From positions 64,184 to 128,183 of the forward strand of contig JAGWKL010000003.1 in NCBI GenBank assembly GCA_028865345.1: DNA of 64,000 nucleotides, written 5' to 3'. Made by a program: the position numbers and the translations under genes. This DNA comes from Candidatus Omnitrophota bacterium. GTDB lineage: Bacteria; Omnitrophota; Gorgyraeia; Zapsychrales; Fredricksoniimonadaceae. The notes under the pieces were generated by a model that saw only the letters and a list, made by a program, of their open reading frames with translations, searched no databases and had not been told where the DNA came from. Positions 37,073 through 48,977 of this stretch are shown here, in pieces (position 1 is the stretch's first letter; each line of letters starts with the position of its first letter).

Positions 37073-37920
37073 TCCCTGCCACCCCTTATCTGGAGCGCAT
37101 GTTGTCTTTTGTCCGCGAGGCCGGCACAATCGCCCTGGATTTGATGGCGCACAGCGATCCCGGCTTAAAGAAAGACAGTACCGTCATCACCCTTGCGGAC
37201 AAGGCGATTTCCGATTTGGCCAGACGCAGCCTCAGCGATGTGCTTTCAGACCCGGGGCACATCCTTATCGATGAAGAAGACGGCAGGGCATTGGAATATT
37301 TGGACCCCAAACGGCTCGAGCGGACCCCTTTTGTCTGGGCCCTGGACCCCATCGACGGCACACGCTTGTACGCCAATCGCATGCCGTTGTACGGGATTTC
37401 CCTGGGGCTCATCAAGGACTTAAAACCATGGCTGGGGGTCGTGTATTTTCCCTATTTAAAGGAACTTTTTTATTGCGACGGCCAGGAAGCGTATTTTGTG
37501 CACAATCCCTTTGGCCCCCAGGAGATCAAAACAAAGATCGTCCCCATCGATGAAAAACCCTCGCCCCGTTCCCTGTTTTTTTGCAATGATACTTTTTTTG
37601 ATAAATTTTACTGGGGCGACAAAGATTTCCACATCATGATCAACGCCTGCGCTGTAGTCAATCTCTGCTGGCCGGCCATTGCCCGCGGGATAGGCTGCTT
37701 TCTGCGCTGCCACCTGTGGGACTTTGCCGGGAGCTGGCCGATCATCCGGCGAGCAGGGCTGGATTTCCGCCGCATTTCCGACGGAAAAATTATGGACAGC
37801 CTCCAGGCAGACCTGTTTGACCGTTCGCCCGTGGCCTGGCACCTGAAGGAATATTATCTGATATCGAGCGAAGCCAATTTTAAAGAAATTTTGTCAAAAA
37901 TAGTCAGGCGCTCTCCTTGA
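37069..37920 (+). CDS. Inositol monophosphatase / CysQ-family phosphatase
   Basis: WALDPIDGT and metal-binding motifs. ATGA overlap with the FIST gene. Confidence 0.8.
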   Translation: MIPATPYLERMLSFVREAGTIALDLMAHSDPGLKKDSTVITLADKAISDLARRSLSDVLSDPGHILIDEEDGRALEYLDPKRLERTPFVWALDPIDGTRLYANRMPLYGISLGLIKDLKPWLGVVYFPYLKELFYCDGQEAYFVHNPFGPQEIKTKIVPIDEKPSPRSLFFCNDTFFDKFYWGDKDFHIMINACAVVNLCWPAIARGIGCFLRCHLWDFAGSWPIIRRAGLDFRRISDGKIMDSLQADLFDRSPVAWHLKEYYLISSEANFKEILSKIVRRSP

Positions 37921-38052
37921 TAAAGGTCCATTTAGGTGCTATACATAAATTAGCCGACAGCAATCATCCGTTAAATCTTAAGGCCCGCTGGGGTTTTCCC
38001 TGGGCACGCCAAGACAAAACCAAAAAAGATGATTCTGCCGGTTTTTTTAGCC

Positions 38053-38080
38053 TTCACAAGCCCGCCTTTGATGTTATAAT
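38053..38080 (+). promoter_or_regulatory. Candidate sigma-70 promoter (-35 TTCACA, 16-nt spacer, -10 TATAAT)
   Basis: Hexamers at 38053-38058 and 38075-38080, about 70 nt upstream of the 38150 ORF. Confidence 0.4.
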
Positions 38081-38149
38081 GTACGCTTGTAAAAATTTTT
38101 AAATAATGCATGCGTCAAAAACCTTACAAATACAAAGGAACAGGGAATA

Positions 38150-38452
38150 TTGTCTGAACGGTTTATTCGAATCCACAAGAAGTTCCATCTGGATGAGCTT
38201 AAGACCCATCTGATGACCTACGGGGCCTTGTCCGGGACCTGCGCCAATTGCAAGGAGATGGACTTGAGGATCGATGCCCTTCAATGCCCGGGATGTAAGA
38301 CCGATTTTAAATACATCGCCTTCCAAAATGTCAGGGACCACATGCCTAAGATGCAAAAGATCAGCCATGAAAGGCCCAACATCGTTTTTGTGGATTACGA
38401 TGATTTCAAGCGTCTTGAAGGCGAAGAAAAAGCCAAAGGGATATTGGGATGA
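38150..38452 (+). CDS. Small zinc-ribbon protein (CxxC...CxxC), hypothetical
   Basis: CANCKEMD...CPGCKTD double CxxC. TTG start proposed by the ORF track; alternative internal ATG. Confidence 0.5.
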   Translation: MSERFIRIHKKFHLDELKTHLMTYGALSGTCANCKEMDLRIDALQCPGCKTDFKYIAFQNVRDHMPKMQKISHERPNIVFVDYDDFKRLEGEEKAKGILG

Positions 38453-39591
38453 TCAATAAAGAGCGGCTGATAAGAATTACGCAGGGCCTGATCGGCATCA
38501 ATTCAGTTAACCCGCCGGGCAACGAGGTGTCGGTTGCGGATTTTGTCGCCCGTGATTTAAAGGCGATCGGCCTTCAGGTCAAAGTCCATTCATTCGCCAA
38601 AAACCGTCCCAATGTGGTGGCGACCCTTAAGGGCTCATGGCCGAGGCCCAAAGCGCAACGCGAAGCGTTACTGATAACGCCGCATTATGACACCGTGCCT
38701 TTCGGCGAGGGTTGGAAATTCGACCCGCTGGGCGGCGTCATCCGTCACGACCGCATTTACGGCCGGGGGGCCAGCGACGACAAAGGCAATTGCGCCGTGG
38801 GCATGGAGGTATTGCACAGCATGGTCGAAGACGGTATCCGCCCGCAGAGGGACATTGTTTTTGCCGCCACGGCCGACGAGGAGACCGGAAGCCGTCTGGG
38901 GATCATCCCTTTGTTGAGCAAAGGCATCCTGCGCCCCAAAGCCGCTTTGATCACCGACTCAGAAGAATTCGACGCTATCATCGCGCAAAAAGGGCTTCTG
39001 CATTGCCGGGTTCAGATTTTCGGGAAAAAAGCCCATGGGGCCTATAATTGGCTGGGCGTCAACGCCATTGAAATCGCGGCAAGGGCCATCAACCGCCTTA
39101 AGAAACACCAGTTTAAATATAAAAAACACCCGTTGCTTGTACCGCCGACCAAGAACATCGGTACCATCCGCGGGGGAGATAAGGTCAACATGGTGGCGGA
39201 TTTTTGCGAGTTCGCCCTGGATTTGCGTTTCATGCCGGGGATGACGGCCGGTAAAATTTTAAAAGAAATCAAAGGCGTCATCGCCCAAGAGACCAAGAAT
39301 TTTAAAATAATCATCGATGATACCCAAAAGCCATACGGGATCGATGCGGGGCATCCTTTTGTCAAGACCTATGTGGATACATGCAGGAAAATGGGCTTCA
39401 AAGCCAAATTAAAAGGCAGCCAGGGAGCGACCGTCATCACCTTTTTCCAGGACTACGGCATTCCTGCATTTTCGACGGGATGGGGCAGCCACGGGGTCAT
39501 CCATGCCAATGATGAGTACGCGGAAATTAAAATACTATACAACGGGGCCAGGGTCTTAGAGCGCTTTATTAAGGAATACGATGTTGTTTAG
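38449..39591 (+). CDS. M20-family metallopeptidase (ArgE/DapE-like deacylase)
   Basis: HYDTVP..GASDDKG..ADEETGS metal-binding motifs. ATGA overlap with the upstream gene. Confidence 0.85.
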   Translation: MINKERLIRITQGLIGINSVNPPGNEVSVADFVARDLKAIGLQVKVHSFAKNRPNVVATLKGSWPRPKAQREALLITPHYDTVPFGEGWKFDPLGGVIRHDRIYGRGASDDKGNCAVGMEVLHSMVEDGIRPQRDIVFAATADEETGSRLGIIPLLSKGILRPKAALITDSEEFDAIIAQKGLLHCRVQIFGKKAHGAYNWLGVNAIEIAARAINRLKKHQFKYKKHPLLVPPTKNIGTIRGGDKVNMVADFCEFALDLRFMPGMTAGKILKEIKGVIAQETKNFKIIIDDTQKPYGIDAGHPFVKTYVDTCRKMGFKAKLKGSQGATVITFFQDYGIPAFSTGWGSHGVIHANDEYAEIKILYNGARVLERFIKEYDVV

Positions 39592-40249
39592 GGCCTTTTT
39601 ACTGACATTATTCCTGGGGTGCGCCTTTTCCCGAAGCTCGCATGCTGAAACCATCTACTATTCCATCCGCCAGATAGGGTTTGACGGTAAGGCGAGCCTG
39701 ACCATGGCCGGCCCCAGGAATTATAAAGGACGCAAGACCCTGTTGGTCGCTTTCAAGGCCCGCGGCGCGCATTATTGGGACAATGAGGACATCTATCTGG
39801 ACCCGTCGACGTACAAGCCGCTGTTTGTGGAACGCAATTTCAGTTTGAGCATTTTCGGCCAGGGCAAAGTTTCGGAAGATTATGTCAGTTCCAAAGGGCA
39901 GATCCTTATTACCAAGGTGGACGGCGACCGTGTGACCCATCAGGTCATCAATGAAGTCGGCAGCGTGGACAATATTTATGGGTTTATTTATCGTTACCGT
40001 AAGGAAGGATCATTTAAAATAGGGGATGTCATTCACATGATCCTGCCGACCAGGGATTTAAAGCTCCGTCTGGTCAAGCGCATGAAGCTTAAAATAGGCA
40101 GGAAATCTTATGAAAGCTATTTTATGGAAAGCCAGCCGCGGAGATATAAAATCTGGTTCGCTGACTCCGGGCTTAAATTGCCGCTGCGCATCACCGGTTC
40201 CATCGGGTTCCTTAATTCAGTGATGACGATGACAGGCTATAAAGAATAA
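39581..40249 (+). CDS. Secreted hypothetical protein (DUF3108-like)
   Basis: Signal peptide. Beta-rich. Confidence 0.55.
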   Translation: MLFRAFLLTLFLGCAFSRSSHAETIYYSIRQIGFDGKASLTMAGPRNYKGRKTLLVAFKARGAHYWDNEDIYLDPSTYKPLFVERNFSLSIFGQGKVSEDYVSSKGQILITKVDGDRVTHQVINEVGSVDNIYGFIYRYRKEGSFKIGDVIHMILPTRDLKLRLVKRMKLKIGRKSYESYFMESQPRRYKIWFADSGLKLPLRITGSIGFLNSVMTMTGYKE

Positions 40250-40308
40250 ACAAAAGGCCCTATTCCATCAACGTCGTTAAGGCGGGTGCTAATGCGGGGG
40301 AGAATGAA

Positions 40309-41493
40309 GTGACTAAGCGTCTTCCTAATACACGAGGCTATTATGGTCCTTTCGGGGGGCGGTTCGCGCCCGAGACCCTGATGGCAGTGCTGTCTCAATT
40401 GGAAAAACAGTACGCGGCCATTAAAAAAGATAAAGCTTTCCGGAAGGAACTGGAGTTTTATCTCAAGGAATATGCCGGAAGACCTACGCGTCTCTATTTG
40501 GCCAAAGGCTTAAGCGCGCATTTGAAAAAGCTCAAGGTTTATTTAAAGCGCGAGGACCTCCTGCATACGGGCGCGCATAAGATCAATAACACCCTGGGAC
40601 AGATACTGGTGGCCCGGCGCATGGGCAAAACGCGTATCATCGCCGAGACGGGCGCCGGCCAGCACGGGGTGGCCACGGCGACGTGTGCGGCCCTCTTCGG
40701 GCTTAAATGTGTGGTCTATATGGGTTCCGAGGACGTCCAGCGCCAATCCCTCAACGTGCTGCGTATGAAATTGATGGGTGCGACCGTGATCCCCGTCGAA
40801 AGCGGGTCTAAAACGCTCAAAGACGCCATGAATGAAGCGGTGCGCGACTGGGTGACCAACGTGGCGGACACCTTTTATATTATAGGTTCAGTGGCGGGGT
40901 TCCATCCCTACCCGGCCATGGTGCGTGATTTTCAGTCCGTGATAGGCCGGGAGGCCCGGCGGCAATTCTTGGCCTTGAACAAGAGATTACCGGATTATCT
41001 GCTCGCCTGTGTCGGCGGAGGCAGCAATGCCATGGGCTTGTTCCATCCATTTTATGCAGACGCCTCCGTCAAAATGATAGGAGTGGAAGCCGCAGGGCAC
41101 GGGGTGCATACGCAACAGCATGCCGCGACATTAAACCTTGGCACGACCGGCGTTTTGCATGGCAGCAAATCCAAGCTTTTGCAAAACAGCGACGGTCAAG
41201 TACAGGTGGCGCACTCCATTGCCGCGGGATTGGATTATCCGGGGGTCGGCCCCGAACATGCCTATTACCAGGCCAGCGGCCGCGCCCAATACGTTACTGT
41301 TACCGATGTGGACGCGATCGAAGGCTTAAAACTTTTGTCCCGATTGGAAGGGATCATCCCTGCCATGGAGACGGCCCATGCTATTGCGTATTTGCCGAGG
41401 CTTGCCCGCCGGGTCAAAAAGACGGCAACGGTCATCGTCTGCCTTTCCGGACGCGGGGACAAGGACATGAACCAGATTTCTCAATTGATCTAA
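40309..41493 (+). CDS. trpB: Tryptophan synthase beta chain
   Basis: GTG start with [25 protein letters not shown] and [12 protein letters not shown]-Lys motif. GGGSNA. Confidence 0.9.
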   Translation: MTKRLPNTRGYYGPFGGRFAPETLMAVLSQLEKQYAAIKKDKAFRKELEFYLKEYAGRPTRLYLAKGLSAHLKKLKVYLKREDLLHTGAHKINNTLGQILVARRMGKTRIIAETGAGQHGVATATCAALFGLKCVVYMGSEDVQRQSLNVLRMKLMGATVIPVESGSKTLKDAMNEAVRDWVTNVADTFYIIGSVAGFHPYPAMVRDFQSVIGREARRQFLALNKRLPDYLLACVGGGSNAMGLFHPFYADASVKMIGVEAAGHGVHTQQHAATLNLGTTGVLHGSKSKLLQNSDGQVQVAHSIAAGLDYPGVGPEHAYYQASGRAQYVTVTDVDAIEGLKLLSRLEGIIPAMETAHAIAYLPRLARRVKKTATVIVCLSGRGDKDMNQISQLI

Positions 41494-42288
41494 ATGAACC
41501 GGATCGAACAAAAATTTCAGGAATTGAAACAGCAAAAGCGTAAGGCCTTTATTGCCTTCATTACCGCCGGCGATCCTGATTTGTCTTCTACCGGGAAGCT
41601 GGTCAGGGCCCTGGAGGAGGCAGGCGTGGATATCATTGAATTGGGCGTCCCTTTTTCCGACCCCCTGGCCGACGGCCCCATTATTCAAGCCTCTTATCAC
41701 CGGGCTTTAAATCATGGGACGACCGTCAAAAAAATTTTAGAGACGGTCAAGCGCCTGCGCCGCACGACATCCATTCCCTTGGCGCTGATGAGTTCTTATA
41801 ATCCTATTTTTCATTTCGGTGAACAGAAGTTTATCGAGTCCTGCGTCGAAGCGGGGGTGGATGGACTGATTGTGCCTGATTTGCCCCCGGAAGAAGCTGT
41901 CAAGCTTCGCCGTCTTGCCCGGGAATATGATGTGGCGACTGTCTTTTTTGTGGCACCCACCAGTACCGACGATCGCATCAAATCCAATACCATGGCGGCC
42001 AACGGGTTTGTTTATTATGTCTCGTTGACAGGGACGACGGGCGTCCAAAAAGCGGTGGCGTCCGCCGTGATCAGGCACGTCCGGCATATCAAACGCTTCA
42101 CCCCAAAGCCCGTTTGCGTGGGTTTTGGCATCTCAACGCCGCAGCAAGTCAGGGCCATTGCCCGGGCCGCCGACGGTATTATTGTCGGCAGCGCCATCGT
42201 CAAGACTATCGAGGCGCACAGGGGCAGGCGTGACCTGTTGCCGTCCGTCAAGCGCTACGTTTCTTCATTAGTGAAAGCCCTGAGATAA
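41494..42288 (+). CDS. trpA: Tryptophan synthase alpha chain
   Basis: AFIAFITAGDP and ELGVPFSDPLADGP motifs. Starts immediately after the trpB stop. Confidence 0.9.
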   Translation: MNRIEQKFQELKQQKRKAFIAFITAGDPDLSSTGKLVRALEEAGVDIIELGVPFSDPLADGPIIQASYHRALNHGTTVKKILETVKRLRRTTSIPLALMSSYNPIFHFGEQKFIESCVEAGVDGLIVPDLPPEEAVKLRRLAREYDVATVFFVAPTSTDDRIKSNTMAANGFVYYVSLTGTTGVQKAVASAVIRHVRHIKRFTPKPVCVGFGISTPQQVRAIARAADGIIVGSAIVKTIEAHRGRRDLLPSVKRYVSSLVKALR

Positions 42289-42289
42289 T

Positions 42290-43564
42290 ATGCGCCGCCT
42301 CACCTCATTGCCTAATCAAATCCGCATCGTTACCCGGGACATCAAAGACCGCGACAGCGTTTCCATCGGGGTATGGCTCGCCGCCGGCGGCCGATATGAG
42401 ACGCAGGGCAATAAGGGTGTGGCGCATTTTTTGGAGCATATGGCTTTCAAGGGAAGCGCTCAATATTCCTGCGATGAGATCAAACAGACGGTGGAAGGTG
42501 TCGGCGGGTGCCTGAATGCCTTTACCGGTGAAGAAGAGACCTGTTATTATGCCAAGGTGCCCGGGGCCCATTGGAAGGAGACCTTCGATGTCCTTGCGGA
42601 TTTGAGTTTTTTCCCCCGGCTGGCGCCCAAGGACCTGGAAAAAGAGCGCGCGGTCATTTTGGAAGAAATCAAGATGTACCGCGACCTGCCGCAATATTAT
42701 GTGGGCGAACTTCTCGAGGGGCTTTTGTGGCCGGGCCACCCGCTGGGCCAAAGCCTGGCAGGCACTTGGGCGTCGGTGGGGAAGATGACCGTCGCTCATG
42801 TGCGCGATTTTCAGCGCAAACTTTATGTGCCGGCCAATACGGTGATCGCCGTCTGCGGCTCCATAAGGCATGAAGAATTGGTCAGGTGCGTCGCTGCAAA
42901 ATTAGGGAAACTGAAAGCGGCCGCGGGACCGTCCTATCTTCCCGCCCGCCGTACCCAGGAGCATCCCGGCATCCATTTACATTTCAAACAGACCGAACAG
43001 ATGCATTTGGCCATGGGTTATCTGGGTTATGAGACCAACCATAAGGACTATTATGTCCTGGCCTTGTTGAATATCATCTTAGGCGGGAACATGTCCAGCC
43101 GTTTATTCAATGAAGTCCGGGAAAAGCGCGGGTTGGCGTATTCCGTTTCCAGCGGCGCCAAAAGCCTGGATGATACCGGAGCTTTCATGATCCGCGCCGG
43201 CGTGGACAATGCCAAGATCGTCGATGCTCTCCAATTGATCCTTAAGGTTTTGGCTGGGGTCGCCTCCGGCGGAGTCGAAGAAGGGGAGTTTGTGCGCGCC
43301 CGGGAATATTATATCGGCCAATTCCTGCTGGGTATGGAAGATACCATGGACCAGATGCTTTGGACGGGCAGCGGGGTCATCAGCAATGACCAGGTCAAGA
43401 CCATGGGAGACGCCATTAAAAAGATCAAGGCGGTGACCAGGAGCGATATTCAACGCGTGGCCCGTGAAATTTTGGATCCGTGCAGGTTGAACCTCGCCAT
43501 CATCGGTCCTATGAGCGACGGGCAGCGAAAACAGATCGCGGACCTGACGGGTGCTGTTGCTTAA
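42290..43564 (+). CDS. M16-family zinc peptidase (insulinase-like)
   Basis: GVAHFLEHMAFKGS HxxEH inverted zinc motif. Confidence 0.85.
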   Translation: MRRLTSLPNQIRIVTRDIKDRDSVSIGVWLAAGGRYETQGNKGVAHFLEHMAFKGSAQYSCDEIKQTVEGVGGCLNAFTGEEETCYYAKVPGAHWKETFDVLADLSFFPRLAPKDLEKERAVILEEIKMYRDLPQYYVGELLEGLLWPGHPLGQSLAGTWASVGKMTVAHVRDFQRKLYVPANTVIAVCGSIRHEELVRCVAAKLGKLKAAAGPSYLPARRTQEHPGIHLHFKQTEQMHLAMGYLGYETNHKDYYVLALLNIILGGNMSSRLFNEVREKRGLAYSVSSGAKSLDDTGAFMIRAGVDNAKIVDALQLILKVLAGVASGGVEEGEFVRAREYYIGQFLLGMEDTMDQMLWTGSGVISNDQVKTMGDAIKKIKAVTRSDIQRVAREILDPCRLNLAIIGPMSDGQRKQIADLTGAVA

Positions 43565-43591
43565 AAAATCCAATTATGCTATGATTGAATT

Positions 43592-43939
43592 ATGGAATCG
43601 ACACAGACTCATGAACCTATTGTAACGCTAACGGATGCGGCTGCGGCCAAGGTCCGGTCTATGATGGCCAAGGAAGGCAAGGAGGGGCATGCCTTGCGTT
43701 TCGGCGTTGTCACCGGCGGCTGCGCGGGGCTTTCCTATGAAATGAAATTTCAAAAGGCCCCTTATGAGAATGATGTCCTTTTTATGCACAACGGCGTCAA
43801 TATCATTGTCAACCAGGAAAGTGTTGAGTTCGTCAAGGGTGTTGAGATCGATTACGTGGACACCTTGCGCGAATCCGGCTTTAAATATAAAAACCCCCAG
43901 GCCAAATCCAGTTGCGGCTGCGGCACTTCTTTTAGTTAA
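43592..43939 (+). CDS. erpA: Fe-S cluster insertion / A-type carrier protein (HesB/IscA/ErpA family)
   Basis: GGCAGLSY ... SSCGCGTSF C-terminal Cys motif. Confidence 0.85.
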   Translation: MESTQTHEPIVTLTDAAAAKVRSMMAKEGKEGHALRFGVVTGGCAGLSYEMKFQKAPYENDVLFMHNGVNIIVNQESVEFVKGVEIDYVDTLRESGFKYKNPQAKSSCGCGTSFS

Positions 43940-45727
<1,788 letters not shown>

Positions 45728-45738
45728 GGTTCAGATGA

Positions 45739-47574
45739 TCAAGTGACGGCCAGGGCTCCGGTCGTCGCAAAGGCCTCGGCAAATTCTTCCACCAGGCCCA
45801 GGAGCCTCTGATGGCACGCTTCCAGATCATTGAGCGCTTTAGTGCGGTATTCGAGGGATTCTTCCACCATCTGCGGGAAAAGCTTGCGGTAATACTCAAT
45901 CCCTTCCAAAAGATTATTTTTAAATTCCGTAAAATATTTGACCTTTTGATCGGTGATGTTTCTAAGAGATTTGGCAACGTCTTTCTTGAGATAATCTACG
46001 TACATGCCCAATTCTTTGATGAACATGTTGGGTCTGGGTGTGTCGTTCAGAAGATTGATACGGCCGTAGATATGGTCGGCCATTTCTTTTAACGTGGCTA
46101 TTTGGGAAAAGTAGGCCAGATTAGGGCCCGGGCAGACCGCGGTAAAGCCGGGGACCCTGGTAGTAATGTTATTTTTAACGATGGCCGGCTGGCCCAGATC
46201 ATGGCAGATACAGGCCTTGACCACAATGGCCTCGAGGTGTTTTTTATATTCTGCCTCGTCCAGGTTCAAGGCATTGAGCTGGTCGATCTTAAGCTTCTGG
46301 TACTGGCGGCTGGCGGTGCAGATCGGCTCTTCGGTAAATTCGGTATTTGAAACCAAGTGGCCTTTAGGACAGGCGCTGCCTGGACGGCCTCGCATGACCT
46401 TAAGATTCTTTTCAATATCGCTCAGGGAATCCCTTATACTGTTAAAAGGGACGCCTAAGGGAGAGACCTCGCTGACGTACAGGTCTTTTTCACCGGCCTT
46501 GGACAGTTTTTCCAGGGTGATGGCGTCAACGTTAGTGACCTCAGGACACAGCAGAAAAGGCGTGGCCCAGCCGGTGGCATTTAATCCGTAATGGGCCCGT
46601 AAGAATTTATCTTCGTTATGGGTGCCGATACCGCCCTGGGCAGTGATCTTGACCTCATGGGGTTTGGCGAAAAAGCCTTTGTTCTTCAGCTTCAGGGCCT
46701 CGTTATAAATATGATGCAGTTCGTCGGTCAGCTGTTGGCGTTTGACCCGGAACTCTTCCAGGATAGGGCCCATCAAGTACCCATCCGTGGCAAAAGCATG
46801 GCCGCCGCAATTAAGGCCCGATTCGACGCGGTATTCTGAGATCCACAGGCCTTTTTTGGCGAAGAATTTTCCCTGCACGATGGAGGATCGGAAATCGCTG
46901 ACCTTCAAAATGATTTTTTTCTTGATGTCGCCTGTGGCATCGGCATAGAAATCCTTGAATTGCTCGGCATAAGCATACAGCCGGCGGTTGATGCCCGCGG
47001 AGAACACAATGGCTGACCGCAGGCTGCTCGCGGCGTAACCGCGCAGCGCTGAAAGGGCGTCGGAAAACTCGGCAGGTAAAAGGGCGCCTTGGGTGTCATA
47101 ATTATTGCGGTCAAGCTTGGTCATGATGTTGACATTGATATCACCGGGCCGGATCGATTCGCGCAAATTTCTTTGAAGGTCCGCCTTGAGTTTAAGATCA
47201 GGGCACTCCAGCATGTGCCGCCAGGCAGCCTTGAGTACGGAATCTTCGGGAAGCATTTCGAAATATTTGGTGATCTCGCTGCCCGCCTCAAAGGGGGAGT
47301 TTTTAAGTTCTTCAAACTGGCGCTGAACGATGCGGTTGACCAGGTCCAAATACGCGGTGATGCGCCGCGCGCGGAAATCGTCATCGTGTTTAGTAATGGG
47401 GGTATAATGTTCACCCTCTTTTTCGCAATAGAACTGGCGCATCTGTTCGATCAGGGTATCATCCACCAGCGAAATGACCGAGTGAATGCCATAGCGCGCC
47501 ACCTTAATAGGCGTGTCGATCGAAAATGCGGTCCCCATCACGGGTATGTGAAAAGAATGGATCTGCTTTGCCAT
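45739..47574 (-). CDS. Conserved hypothetical 611-aa cytoplasmic protein (possible FMN/TIM-barrel-like GGIG motif)
   Basis: Long ORF with good coding character, divergent from bioB. ITAQGGIGTHNED and SGLNCGGHAFATDG motifs faintly resemble FMN-phosphate-binding loops. No confident family assignment. Confidence 0.7.
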   Translation of the reverse strand: MAKQIHSFHIPVMGTAFSIDTPIKVARYGIHSVISLVDDTLIEQMRQFYCEKEGEHYTPITKHDDDFRARRITAYLDLVNRIVQRQFEELKNSPFEAGSEITKYFEMLPEDSVLKAAWRHMLECPDLKLKADLQRNLRESIRPGDINVNIMTKLDRNNYDTQGALLPAEFSDALSALRGYAASSLRSAIVFSAGINRRLYAYAEQFKDFYADATGDIKKKIILKVSDFRSSIVQGKFFAKKGLWISEYRVESGLNCGGHAFATDGYLMGPILEEFRVKRQQLTDELHHIYNEALKLKNKGFFAKPHEVKITAQGGIGTHNEDKFLRAHYGLNATGWATPFLLCPEVTNVDAITLEKLSKAGEKDLYVSEVSPLGVPFNSIRDSLSDIEKNLKVMRGRPGSACPKGHLVSNTEFTEEPICTASRQYQKLKIDQLNALNLDEAEYKKHLEAIVVKACICHDLGQPAIVKNNITTRVPGFTAVCPGPNLAYFSQIATLKEMADHIYGRINLLNDTPRPNMFIKELGMYVDYLKKDVAKSLRNITDQKVKYFTEFKNNLLEGIEYYRKLFPQMVEESLEYRTKALNDLEACHQRLLGLVEEFAEAFATTGALAVT

Positions 47575-47660
47575 ATGAGTACAAATATACCCTATTTCAT
47601 TTCAAAAAGCAAATTTTATATATAATTCTAAAGCCCTTAAATTTTTCGGGGAGTATGTGA

Positions 47661-48821
47661 ATGGATATATTGTCAACCTGGGCCAAAGAAGCTGTTGACA
47701 ATCGGCAATTTCTTGATATTCTTTATAAGCATATGGATCGATTATTTTATTTGGAATTGGCCCGCCGGAGCATGAACGGTGAGCAGTTGGATAATGCCGC
47801 CTGTGCCGGGATATTGTCCGATACTTCCTTAGAGATTTTGACGCTTTTGGATGCCGCGTATCAGGTTCGTAAGCATTATTTCGGCAAAGAGGTGCGTGTG
47901 CATATCCTGAACAATGCCCAAAACGGACATTGCCGGGAAGATTGCCATTACTGCGCCCAGGCCAGTTCTTCGGCGGCACAGATCGAAGAATACGGCATCA
48001 AACCCGACGAGGAGATTCTCCAGGAAGCGCGCCAGGCTTACGCCAAAGGGGCCGCTTGTTATTGCATGGTATTTGCCGGCCGCGGCGCTTCCCAGTCTCG
48101 CATTGAGCACCTTAAACGCCTCCTGGCCGGCATCAAGAGCGAATTCCCCGATAAAGAAATTTGCGTTTCCACAGGGTTTGTGTCTGATGAAGGGGCTGTC
48201 GAATTAAAAAAGGCGGGCTTGGACCGCTTGAACCACAATTTGAATACGTCCGAAGCCCATTATCCGAACATTTGCACGACGCATACCTTTACCGACAGGC
48301 TCAATACGCTGCTGGCGGCCAAGGCGGCGGGGCTCAAGGTCTGTTCCGGCATGATCGTCGGCATGGGGGAGAACAATGCGGACATTATTGAGGTGGCCCT
48401 GCGGTTGAGGGCTTTAAAGGCAGAATCCATCCCGGTCAATTTATTGGTCCCTATTGAAGGTAATGTTCTTGGCGCCCCGGGATCCGCCCTCACCCCTGAT
48501 TTTATTTTAAGGGTGTTGTGTTTGTTCAGGTTTTTGAACCCGGCGTCGGAAATCAGGGTGGCGGCCGGCCGGGAAATACATTTGCGTTCCATGGAAGTGA
48601 TGGCATTATATCCGGCCAATTCTTTGTTTTTACAAGGGTATTTAAACGCTAAAGGCGCCTCTAATGCCCGTACCTTACAGATGATCAAGGATGCCGGTTT
48701 TAGTATAAAATCCGAAGTTGATTTGGATGAATTGCTCGAACGAATGCCGCAGCAAGATGGTATCACCGACAGCCCCAAGGTATTGCTAAAGACCCTGAAA
48801 GAACTGCGCCCGGCTATTTAA
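47661..48821 (+). CDS. bioB: Biotin synthase (radical SAM), with possible N-terminal extension
   Basis: CREDCHYCAQ Fe-S/SAM motif. LNHNLNTSEAHYPNICTTHTFTDRLNTL..KVCSGMIVGMGE and RVAAGRE match BioB blocks. True start may be internal (about 47772). Confidence 0.8.
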   Translation: MDILSTWAKEAVDNRQFLDILYKHMDRLFYLELARRSMNGEQLDNAACAGILSDTSLEILTLLDAAYQVRKHYFGKEVRVHILNNAQNGHCREDCHYCAQASSSAAQIEEYGIKPDEEILQEARQAYAKGAACYCMVFAGRGASQSRIEHLKRLLAGIKSEFPDKEICVSTGFVSDEGAVELKKAGLDRLNHNLNTSEAHYPNICTTHTFTDRLNTLLAAKAAGLKVCSGMIVGMGENNADIIEVALRLRALKAESIPVNLLVPIEGNVLGAPGSALTPDFILRVLCLFRFLNPASEIRVAAGREIHLRSMEVMALYPANSLFLQGYLNAKGASNARTLQMIKDAGFSIKSEVDLDELLERMPQQDGITDSPKVLLKTLKELRPAI

Positions 48822-48890
48822 AAAAGAGAAAATTATATTTTATGGCGTCCCCTACATTAGGGATGTGCAAGTGTTATTTTCGGTTTTTTC

Positions 48891-48918
48891 TTGCCAAAAC
48901 AGGACGCCATGCTATAGT
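48891..48918 (+). promoter_or_regulatory. Candidate extended -10 sigma-70 promoter (-35 TTGCCA, 16-nt spacer, TGc-TATAGT)
   Basis: Hexamers at 48891-48896 and 48913-48918 with TG at 48910-48911. About 60 nt upstream of the OFOR alpha ATG. Confidence 0.45.
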
Positions 48919-48950
48919 GTAAAATCGACTTACTTTTCGTAACCAAATAG

Positions 48951-48964
48951 TATCTATATAGATA
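48951..48964. promoter_or_regulatory. Perfect 14-bp palindrome TATCTATATAGATA in the OFOR leader (candidate operator)
   Basis: Self-complementary 14-mer between the predicted TSS and the RBS (GAAGAGG) of the 48978 gene. Confidence 0.45.
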
Positions 48965-48977
48965 GAAGAGGCCATTT

